This document shows positions 35,001 through 42,700 of a DNA stretch of 64,000 nucleotides, piece after piece. The number at the start of each line of letters is the position of its first letter. Positions within the stretch are counted from its first letter, which is position 1. This stretch comes from Cetorhinus maximus (Eukaryota). The DNA is taken from the NCBI RefSeq assembly GCF_964194155.1, contig NC_135893.1, positions 85,622,001 to 85,686,000 of the forward strand. The letters are read 5' to 3'. The translations under genes were made by a program, and so were the position numbers. A model generated the notes under the pieces. It was given only the letters and a program-made list of their open reading frames with translations. It was not told where the DNA came from and made no database searches.

Positions 35001-37704
35001 GGTGTTCAAGGATATCAAATCTGCAACCACAATTTGTACTTATATAGCACCTTAACATATTAAGATGTCCCCAAGGTGTATCACAAGAGCATTAGCAAAC
35101 AAAATTTGACAATGAGATATGCATAAGGACAGGTCACCAAACTTTTGGTGAAGTGGTAGGTTTTAAGGAGTATCTTAAAGGAGCAGAGAAAGGGAAAGGG
35201 CCAGAGAGTTTTAGAGAGGGAATTCCAGAGCTTATGACCCAGGCAACTAAAGGCACAACTGCCAATGCTGGAGCAATGGTAACCAAGGATGCTCAAGTGG
35301 CCAGAACTGGAGCAGTGCAGATATCTGAGGGTTTTAGGGCTGGAGATTACAGAGATATAGAGATTTGAAAACAATAATAAGAATTTTTAAATCCAGGCAT
35401 TGCTGGACAGGGAGCCAGTCTAGGTCAGTGAGCATAGGAGTGGTGGGTGAACAGGACTTGGTGTGAGTTAGGACAAGGACAGCAGTGTTTTGGATGAGCT
35501 TAAGACTTAGTTCTATATCGTACCTTTTTCCCCCTGTTAAAATTGCATACATCTGTTGGTGTATAAAAATATTTTCTGCAATGATAGCCTTGTTTTCTTG
35601 ATGTTCCTTCTGCAGTTAGCATAAGGGATTCCCCATGTTCACCAGACTGATTCCTGGGAGGCAGGATTGTCGTATGAGGAGAGATTGGGCCGACTAGGCC
35701 TGTGTTCACTGGAGTTTAGAGGAATGAGAGGAGATCTCATTGAAATGTATAAAACTCTGACAGGGATGGATGTACTGGATGCAGGGGTGATATTTCATCT
35801 GGCTGGGGGGTCTAGAACAAGGGGCCACAGTCTCAGGATGTGGGGTAGACCATTTAGGACCTGAGATGAGGAGAAACTTCTTCACTCAGAGGGTGGTGAA
35901 CCTATGAAATTCTCTACCACAGAAAGCTGTGGAAGCCAAGTCACCGAATGTATTAAAGAAGGAAATAGATTTCTGGACGCTAAAGGCATCAAGGAGTATG
36001 GGGAGAGGGCAAGAGTATGGCGTTAAATTAGAGGATCAGCCATGATCATATTGAATGGCGGATCAGGCTCAAAGGGCCAAATGGCCTACTCCTGTTCCTA
36101 TTTTCTGTGTTTCTGTGACAGGGTCAGTATTTGCAGACTATCTCCCATATAGAAAAGGTTGAAAGCCACTGGCTCTCACCATGGAGCTCCACCATTGCCA
36201 ACCATGCCTACAATTGCCTGGACCCTAAGCTCTATGGTTGAAACATTCTTGATTAGATTCAATAGGTGGTTGAAGGAAAACAATGAAGGATACTGGAAGA
36301 GGATGGATAAATTTAATGGGATTTATTTGCTAACGTGGAGGGTGAACTCCAGCAGGGACTGGTTAGGGTGAATGGACTGTTTCAATGCTGTAATGTCTGT
36401 GTTTCAATCTCCACTTTTTTAGTCAGATATGTACAGCGTAGGTATCATCTTACTGGAGCTCTTCCAGCCATTCAGAACAGCGATGGAAAGGATGAAGACC
36501 CTCACAGCGCTTCGAGAATGCCACATTCCAGGGGACTTTACACACCGGTGGCCGGTGCATGCTAAATATGTTAAGATGCTAACCAGTGAAATCGCTTCCT
36601 GCAGACCAAGTGCAGATGAGATGTTGGCCAGTGAACTCTTCCATAGTTTACCTGAGGTAGGGGTGAAAAGCTTAGTTCTTTAAAGTTAGAGAGTAAGGAC
36701 AGAAACTCCTCATCCAACAAAAATAAACTCCATGTCAGCATTCTTGCTTTTCTCCATAAGCACCATTGACAAATGAGGGAAGGGGATTTACAAAAATGTG
36801 ATTTATAAGAATGCAGTTTTGTTGTCAAGCCATGAGTTGATCTAGAGAAATGGGCATTACCTGTTTCTCACCGGAGGAATTTAATTTCGCCTTTTGTATT
36901 TAATTAGCCATGGCTTAGTGGGTAGCTCCATCTCTTTGTAGTAAGATTGTGGGGTCAAGCCCCACTCCAGGACAACACTCCCAGTGCAGTGTTGAGAGAG
37001 TGCTACATTGTCAGAGTTGCTGTTTTTTTGGATGAAACTTCAAAATGCTCTCTCAAGTAGATGTAAAATATTCCACAGCCACTATTTAAAGAATAGGAGA
37101 GTTTTCCCTGGTGTTCTGGTCAATATTTATCCCACAACCAACATCTCAAACACATTATCTGGTCATTTATTTCATTGTGGGATCTTGCTGTGTGCCAATT
37201 AGATATTGCATTTTCTGCATTACAGCCATGACTACACTTATTATACCTAATTGGCTATAAAGCACTTTGGGGCATCCTGATGTTAAAAGCACTATAAAAA
37301 TGTACATCTTTTTGGGAGCAGGGGTGTGTAGTTTAACCTGATTTATTTAGGTCAACTTTGGCCTTCGGTGAGAATTTAGCTTCACTTCATTGAAAGGAAA
37401 TATAATTTACATTGAGATTCTGGGGCTGTAGCAGGATTAGTTTTGGATTGTTCAGAGCTGATGGGCTAGATAACCTCCTGTGCTGTCTTGTCTAATGCTT
37501 CGTTGATTTTCTTTATCTCTTCCCCAATAACGGCTGATATTTCACATGTAGGTAACTACATTTCAAGACAATCTCGAACAGAGAGTAGTGACCCAGGAGC
37601 AAGAAATTAAGAGCCTACAACAGAAAGTGATCAATCAAGAAGATGAAATCAGAAACCTCAAAGAAAAGATCAAATTACTGTCTGGGGAGGGGCAGCCCAG
37701 CTAG
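1868..37704 (+). CDS. EIF2AK1: Heme-regulated eIF2-alpha kinase HRI, whole spliced gene (15 coding exons, about 714 aa)
   Basis: join(1868-2039,3281-3445,5442-5578,10015-10058,10564-10663,11320-11400,12702-12801,12908-12971,17282-17759,18483-18591,18738-18844,30950-31070,33951-34030,36423-36656,37552-37704) = 2145 nt. All introns are GT-AG and the frame is continuous. Motifs: [70 protein letters not shown]. The start could be ATG 1868 or ATG 1895. Confidence 0.95.
3281..3445 (+). CDS. EIF2AK1: EIF2AK1 exon 2 (N-terminal heme-binding domain)
   Basis: ttgcag|AA TCC GAC; encodes [23 protein letters not shown]; ends T|gtaagt. Confidence 0.95.
4098..4550 (+). mobile_element. tRNA-derived Deu-domain SINE (SacSINE1-like)
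   Basis: A/B-box head, central gaagagcaagggagttatccctggtgtcctggcc, tail tgctatataaatg. Inserted into an L2-like fragment. Confidence 0.75.
4988..5425 (+). mobile_element. SacSINE1-like SINE abutting the EIF2AK1 exon 3 acceptor
   Basis: TGGCTCAGTTGG A box, GTTCAAGT B box, Deu-like core, tail aaggtgctatataaatgcaagt. Confidence 0.8.
5442..5578 (+). CDS. EIF2AK1: EIF2AK1 exon 3
   Basis: tttcag|TG CTG TGT; [31 protein letters not shown]...IRQ|gtgagt. Confidence 0.95.
5820..6238 (+). mobile_element. CR1-type LINE 3' fragment, interrupted and resuming at about 7910-7965
   Basis: Degenerate RT C-terminal sequence homologous to the other CR1 copies in the window. Confidence 0.7.
6353..7131 (+). repeat. 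G-run low-complexity tract (runs of G separated by A, AA or TA)
   Basis: About 780 bp almost entirely G/A, starting with (GAG)n. Confidence 0.95.
7512..7824. repeat. Long inverted repeat (arms about 113-116 bp, spacer 84 bp)
   Basis: 7512-7624 is the reverse complement of 7709-7824; the 44-bp inner core differs by one indel. Confidence 0.9.
7970..8900 (+). mobile_element. CR1-type LINE 3' fragment
   Basis: ORF 8219-8728 ([31 protein letters not shown]); tail ggctgaatggcctactcctg followed by (ttcttatg)n. Confidence 0.9.
10015..10058 (+). CDS. EIF2AK1: EIF2AK1 exon 4 (44-bp linker exon)
   Basis: ttttag|GGA CAT...TAC AG|gtatgt; the phase 0-to-2 change needed to join exons 3 and 5. Confidence 0.8.
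10564..10663 (+). CDS. EIF2AK1: EIF2AK1 exon 5 (kinase subdomain I)
   Basis: ctcag|A GCA AAG; [25 protein letters not shown]|gt. Confidence 0.95.
11320..11400 (+). CDS. EIF2AK1: EIF2AK1 exon 6 (catalytic Lys, subdomain II)
   Basis: ttccag|[27 protein letters not shown]|gtattt. Confidence 0.95.
12702..12801 (+). CDS. EIF2AK1: EIF2AK1 exon 7
   Basis: ttaag|[33 protein letters not shown], then A|gtatac. Confidence 0.93.
12908..12971 (+). CDS. EIF2AK1: EIF2AK1 exon 8
   Basis: tttag|AT AAC...SDQEEC AG|gtaagc; the phases fit exons 7 and 9. Confidence 0.85.
13460..14380 (-). mobile_element. CR1-type LINE 3' fragment
   Basis: ORF 13784-14131 matches the CR1 RT C-terminus; reverse-oriented tail near 13460. 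Confidence 0.85.
15058..16300 (-). mobile_element. CR1-type LINE 3' fragment
   Basis: ORFs 15210-15890 and 15790-16044 (LF.IYINDL, FAD, W...WQM.YNV.KC). Confidence 0.9.
16560..17010 (-). mobile_element. SacSINE1-like SINE
   Basis: Reverse complement of the SINE seen at 4988-5425. Confidence 0.8.
17282..17759 (+). CDS. EIF2AK1: EIF2AK1 exon 9 (kinase insert)
   Basis: ttacag|A CAC...SSIIFAD...HPESK|gtgagg; lies within ORF 17268-17894. Confidence 0.88.
18100..18465 (+). mobile_element. 5'-truncated SacSINE1-like SINE abutting the EIF2AK1 exon 10 acceptor
   Basis: Deu-like core gatcccatggcactattttgaagaagagcagg and a degenerate tail. Confidence 0.75.
18483..18591 (+). CDS. EIF2AK1: EIF2AK1 exon 10
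   Basis: cttag|[26 protein letters not shown]...T|gtgagt. Confidence 0.95.
18738..18844 (+). CDS. EIF2AK1: EIF2AK1 exon 11 (CP motif, HRD)
   Basis: ttcag|GT CCG...[22 protein letters not shown]|gtgagt. Confidence 0.95.
19730..20800 (+). mobile_element. Degenerate CR1-type LINE 3' fragment
   Basis: KFADDTK-encoding sequence near 19970; ORFs 20370-20561 and 20592-20774 resemble the CR1 C-terminus. Confidence 0.75.
20832..20837 (-). terminator. Candidate poly(A) signal of ANKRD61
   Basis: AATAAA on the minus strand about 135 nt after the stop. Confidence 0.5.
20971..22000 (-). CDS. ANKRD61: ANKRD61 coding exon 3 (ankyrin repeats plus SOCS-box-like C-terminus)
   Basis: ctttag|G GAC GCC TTG; 340-aa ORF with several ankyrin TPLH-like repeats; TGA at 20973-20971. 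Confidence 0.93.
20971..25888 (-). CDS. ANKRD61: Ankyrin repeat domain 61, whole spliced gene nested antisense in EIF2AK1 intron 11 (about 429 aa)
   Basis: complement(join(25724-25888,23295-23389,20971-22000)) = 1290 nt, GT-AG, in frame. [42 protein letters not shown] and [11 protein letters not shown] match my recollection of human ANKRD61, which is also nested in EIF2AK1. Confidence 0.9.
23295..23389 (-). CDS. ANKRD61: ANKRD61 coding exon 2
   Basis: cctaag|[33 protein letters not shown]|gtatgt. Confidence 0.9.
24330..25370 (-). mobile_element. CR1-type LINE 3' fragment in ANKRD61 intron 1
   Basis: ORFs 24450-24671 and 24688-24882 match the CR1 RT C-terminus. Confidence 0.8.
25724..25888 (-). 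CDS. ANKRD61: ANKRD61 coding exon 1
   Basis: ATG at 25888; [23 protein letters not shown]...ILPAQ|gtaaat. The start codon is uncertain. Confidence 0.8.
26429..30742 (-). mobile_element. Near-full-length CR1-type LINE (about 4.3 kb, frameshifted)
   Basis: 5' tandem monomers; ORF1 with zinc-finger/zipper (MMCYSC...[12 protein letters not shown]) and SGNH esterase ([11 protein letters not shown]); ORF2 endonuclease (MGDFN, ILDLV) and RT ([35 protein letters not shown]); 3' tail at about 26430. Confidence 0.92.
30950..31070 (+). CDS. EIF2AK1: EIF2AK1 exon 12 (DFG)
   Basis: ttaag|[26 protein letters not shown]...G|gtgagt. Confidence 0.95.
31470..31570 (-). mobile_element. Penelope-like terminal-repeat fragment with a degenerate hammerhead-like motif
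   Basis: Minus strand: CTGCAGAACAGTCATATTGGACTTGAAATGTTAACTCTGTTTCTCTCTCCACAGATGCTGCCAGAC; homologous to 46760-46890. Confidence 0.6.
32500..32870 (-). mobile_element. SacSINE1-like SINE
   Basis: Reverse complement of the SINE core and tail. Confidence 0.75.
33951..34030 (+). CDS. EIF2AK1: EIF2AK1 exon 13 (activation loop)
   Basis: cccag|AT TCA...[24 protein letters not shown]|gtatga. Confidence 0.95.
35030..35500 (-). mobile_element. L2-like LINE 3' fragment sharing its tail with the SINEs
   Basis: LIQNTA.L.LT.TK...TPML.DL.WLPV.Q....KIL (ORF 35334-35552); related pieces at 1-165, 3950-4870, 11490-11820 and 48430-48800. Confidence 0.7.
35600..36115 (+). mobile_element. CR1-type LINE 3' fragment
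   Basis: ORF 35667-35864 (SYEERL.RLGL.SLE...RGDLIE) and the CR1 tail. Confidence 0.85.
36423..36656 (+). CDS. EIF2AK1: EIF2AK1 exon 14
   Basis: ttttag|[23 protein letters not shown]...[18 protein letters not shown]|gtaggg. Confidence 0.95.
37552..37704 (+). CDS. EIF2AK1: EIF2AK1 exon 15 (C-terminal coiled coil, stop)
   Basis: tgtag|[50 protein letters not shown]. Confidence 0.88.
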   Translation, partial: VTTFQDNLEQRVVTQEQEIKSLQQKVINQEDEIRNLKEKIKLLSGEGQPS

Positions 37705-38781
37705 AGATCTTCATGGTTTCCTGGAGAAAATTTCTCTGTCTTTTCCGCCCGAATTAATTTTGAATGTCTCATGTACGAATGTGTTTTGTGAATGTACAAG
37801 TTTAAATTAATGAGTTGGTTATTTAAAGTGAGAAAGAACAAATATTAAATTGAGTGATATGTTATCCAGGCTTTGCTTTCATGGAAGTGCTGTGGCTCAG
37901 TGGATAGCACTCACTTGAGTCAGAAGATTGTAGGTTCAAGCCCCACTCCAGAGGGTATCAGAAGAGATGTTAAATAAAGGCCCATCTGCTCTCTCAGGTG
38001 GATGTGAAAGATTCCTTGATGCTAATCAGAGCAGGGATTTCTCCTTAGTGTCCTGGCCATGATCTATCCCTTATCAGACAACTTAACTAAAAAAAAATCC
38101 AGCTTCTTCAAATATTGTTGTTTGAGGGAGCTTGCTGTGTTTCCTATATTACAAGTGACAATATTTAAAGTGCTGAGACATCCTGAGGTGCTATATAAAT
38201 GCAAGTCTTTCTCATTTCTTTATAATTAGCAGGTAGTTGTGTCCTGGACATTTCCTCTCAACCATACCAAAGACAGTAACTGGTCATTCATCTCATTGCT
38301 GTTTGTAGAATCTTACAGTTGCTGTGTTTTCCGTGACTGCATTTCAAATATAAATGCAAGTCTATTTTAAGAATTTGTAGGAAAGCAAGGGGAGTACATA
38401 GCTTCACCAAACTGACAACAGTGGTTCATGAAGGAAGCTTATGCTTACCTTCGATGGCAAGTCTTGCACACATCTGCTTATTAATTTATTCCTCTATAAC
38501 ACTAAAGCTGTTTCTTAAGTTTAGATTACATACATAATATGACTTTCTAACCGGTGTCTCAGTAAATGCTATCTTGCCTGATGTAAAATATATTGAAACA
38601 CTTCCCCAGACTGCCCTGCAATTCATATAAACCTTAGCTGTGCAGTCACAGGGTAACAGTAGTGATCAAGCTGTTTCGGTTACCAATTTAGTGTTCAGTT
38701 ACTTTACTGGCACAGAATTGTATTGTAGGAATTACTGCTCCGTGATTAACAGTCCATACTACCAGAGGAACCACAGTAATC

Positions 38782-38787
38782 AATAAA
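38782..38787 (+). terminator. Candidate poly(A) signal of EIF2AK1
   Basis: AATAAA in unique sequence about 1.1 kb after the stop; other candidates exist. Confidence 0.35.
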
Positions 38788-39282
38788 AGAATTGTCCTCC
38801 AGCTCAGTAACCTCGACTTCCCCCGAAATGCAAGTTGGTTATATTTTAACCCTCATACTGTTTGAAATGGTATTCAGTTTTATTTGAATGAGGTTGCATT
38901 TGAGATGTAAATTTCTGGGAGGAGCAAAAGGATCTCTGGGGCTTGGGTGTGAATGAAAGAGTGGAATTTGCGGGGTGGGGGGTGCGCGGGAGGTGGTTTG
39001 AAGAAAATCCAAATTTTTGATGTGATTTTATGGATAGTCTCTAAGTAGCCATTTTCCTGAACAATTTCTATTTGCCTGTAGTTGATAGAATGACAAACCA
39101 CTTGCTCATAAAGTCAGTTCAGTTACTGGCCCATCTAATATCGCTGCTTATGTCAGGCACATGGTATAGTATAGGCTGGTATAGCAGAGGCAGAACAAAC
39201 TCATTTTTAAATTCAGATGAACTAAAATGCACAACTTTAATCAAAAAAGATGCTTTTCAGTTAAAGAATGCCTTTAAAAAGA

Positions 39283-39288
39283 TTTATT
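39283..39288 (-). terminator. Candidate poly(A) signal of AIMP2
   Basis: AATAAA on the minus strand about 100 nt after the stop. Confidence 0.55.
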
Positions 39289-39386
39289 AAATGATTTAAA
39301 TAGGTATTTCCTCGTGTGCAAACATTGAGTTTAAATGCACAGGTATTAGCGGCAATGGGCTAAAAGTAGTTTCAACCATAAGTGAT

Positions 39387-39769
39387 TCAATTCAGCAACT
39401 TTAATGCTAGATTAAAACATGCTAGATTCTCACAGGATTTCACCCATCTCTGGACATTGGCTGGGAAACTGGTAATCTCTGCCTGCTTCAAGGCACAGTA
39501 TAGCACAACATCAGCCAATGTCAGATCAACTCCCACAACCCAGGGGTTCTTGCTGAGGGCAGCGTTTAAGGAACGCAGCACAGCTGCCTTCTCCTTGGTG
39601 CTGCCCTTCTTCAGCTGGAAGATGGCGACATCCACCCAGTTGTCAATCAGTGTTGAGGTCACTGCATCGTATCCACGGCCAAGTAGTGCAAAAAGGAAAC
39701 GGGCGACATTTCCCTCACCTTCGATAGAACACATGCTTTGGATGCTAAACTTCATCTGAGGTTTGTGCA
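39387..39769 (-). CDS. AIMP2: AIMP2 exon 4
   Basis: ggcag|TG CAC AAA; [22 protein letters not shown]...[10 protein letters not shown]. Confidence 0.95.
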
Positions 39770-42700
39770 CTGCCAAAAGAGAAACAAAAGCTGTCACAAG
39801 CAGCAAGTCCATCTAAAACACAGGCAAGCCTCAAGACTTCTACATTCAGACAGCTAACACTCCCTGCACACGACAGACAGGATCAGTGCTTGGCAGCCCT
39901 CTGACCCAGATCAATGAACAACTGGTGAAGGAACAGCTGCTCCAATATTTGTGTTGCCATGAAGGCCCATTATAATATCCATCATATATTGAAAAATCAA
40001 TAATCATGCTGCCAGAAGAAACTGGTAATGCACCATGAATCAAATACTGGAACATAGGAGTAAGCCATTCAGCTCTTCAAGCCTGCTCTGAAAAAAGGGT
40101 TATGTCTGGATATGCAGCATTTCCTCTCCCACCCAGCGGCTCAGATTCAAGAATATTTGAAGGGGAAATTCCTTACACGACCACCATCTCCAGGATAATC
40201 CCCAGGTAGGTAGAAGACACATTGATCCACTGTACCCCATGCCTGGTGGATAGGAGACTTTGATCCACTAGGCCCCAGGCCTGTGGGTGAAGGTACTGTC
40301 AAAGCTTAAGCCAGAATCAGCACAATCACCTAGGCTTCTTATACTGCCTCAACTGTTGGAAGATTACCCTTCTGCACCAATTTCAAACCTCTAGCAATAT
40401 CCCTCCAAATGCTGCTCTGGAATAAACAGTTCATCAAAAGTCATGGCACAATTTACTTTCTTACTTCTTCTGCCATATCTCAAGATTTTACTCTTAACTC
40501 TTTGCTCACTGATCTAGGTTGTCCAGATCTTTCTGCATTATTCGACATTTGTTCATATCATTGGCCACTGCACCCACTTTTGTGCAAGATACTAAGGCCA
40601 ATATTCTGTTCTCAGATGTTTATAAAAATGGCCTGCTTCAGCATAAAATTGCCCAAGTACAGATTTATAGATTTTATTTCAAATGGCTGAGCACAATCTT
40701 ATTGCAATGAGCAAACCTGTGCTGATTATTTACTAAAATTAACAAAATTTGTCACCAGTTTAAGTATCTTTACGGGTGTGTGTCTAAATTTTCTATTGTA
40801 CGTAATGAAGAGCTCAATTTGTTTTGCAAAATTTCTAAACTGCAAACTCCAACAATTCAGTTTGTTTTCAGGCAAGTTTCAAATACGTCCTAGTATTTTT
40901 TACTCACCATTCTTCCAGACGAGAGTGAAGCCGAGTTGATATTCCCTCCGCGAACAACAGCGGTTTCCTTCACCCAGACAATTCCAGAGTTTGGAGGGAA
41001 CATTTTGCACCGAGGAGTGTACATGGACTGAGGATAGCACCTTGTATTGTTCACACAGTAAACTATGCAGGACTAATAGGGACAGCGGCACCTCAGAAGG
41101 GCTAGCATTGATAACAATGTCTCGGAGAACACCAAAACTCTAAAGTGAAGCATAATTAAAGACAATTGTGAATACAACAAGATGTACAAGTGGACAAAAT
41201 AGTAGAAGGAAGCCATTCAACCCCTCAAGTCTGTTTTCAGATCATGGTGGGTCTGTACCTCAATCCATTCCCTTTGATACCTTTACCTAACAAAATCTAG
41301 CAATCTGTCTTGAAAATTCAATTGACCCAGCAATTGATTACAAGTGGAAAATTCCTTTTATTAGATTTCACTGGAGCCGAGGATACCATTATATGGACAG
41401 AAATGATTAAAGATCTGTTATGCATGTTCCTTATAGCAACAGATTTAGAGGCTCCAACTGCATAAAAGGATGTCGTTAGGCAGTGATTTTAGAGCCACTA
41501 TACTGATACAAAGGCTGCTTTTATCATAATTTGTGTGGAAATGCATGTGTTAACGTGCAGGGTCCAGTGATTGGGCAGGCAGCATTAATATCAGAATCAT
41601 ACAGGGAAAGTTATAATGCAATGTTAAGTAGATATGTTAGGAGCAGCCACATTCTCATTTTTTTAATAAAAATGATCCATGTGTTAAACAGATTAACTGC
41701 AATAAAAGGATTATACCGAATCTTAAAGCAGAAAAAAACTGCTTGCCATATAAACATTTAGCAGAAGTTGAGCATAACTAATATCTGCACTATAGTTGGG
41801 GAGGTCAAAGTACTAAATTATAAGAAATTAAGATGTTGCAAAGTTCAGTGACTTATGCATAAATTACACATTTTACCTTTCAAACAACTACCAAAACATG
41901 GAAATTCTATGATAGTAACTATCCCACTTCAATTAAAAGCAAAGAAACAACCGTGGAGCACACAAGTGTTGGTATCTGATCTTGATAAGGGAACAAATCT
42001 TTGTGCCCTGAATGAAATCATAATCCATCAGTGATAAGGATCAGAAAAGTGGAAGTTATTGTTGACTATACAAATACTAAAATGGAAATCACAAGAGTTG
42101 AGGAAAACAACTTATACTTATTGTATAACATAAAAGCAGAATAGTAAACTGCAAATGGAGAATAGACAAAGGCATCGACATGCAGTCTTAACGTTAGTCT
42201 CAAGAGGGCAGCTTTAATTTTTAAATGGCTTCTTCAGAAAGGAAGTCGGTGTTAATGTTCCTGACCCCAAGTCAAAAGGACAAAATGAATCAGAACAATC
42301 CATTAAGCTAGGTGTTGCAACTTAGTAAACAGCTATACTCAGCTATCATATATAGGGTACTGTTTCAGCACATTTTACAAGACAGCGCAAAAGTGTATAC
42401 CAAGACCAGAAGGGGTCAGAGGAGAAACGAGTTGGGCGGTGAAAGTGCAGTTGAAGAGAAAGGTATTTAGGTCAATTTTGAAAGCAGGGAGGGTAATGCA
42501 TTCTAAGTGAACTGAAAAGTGTGCTTCAGACAGCAGGTACCCAGAGCTCCAGGGAGACTAACAGAAATGTCTATCTCACTGAGCAAATGGCAGCTTGCGT
42601 GTTAGCTGTGGCTCAGCTGGTAGCACACACCTCTGAATCAAAAGATTGTGGATTTAAGTCCGACTGCAGGACTTGAGCACAACAATCTAGGCTGATTCTC

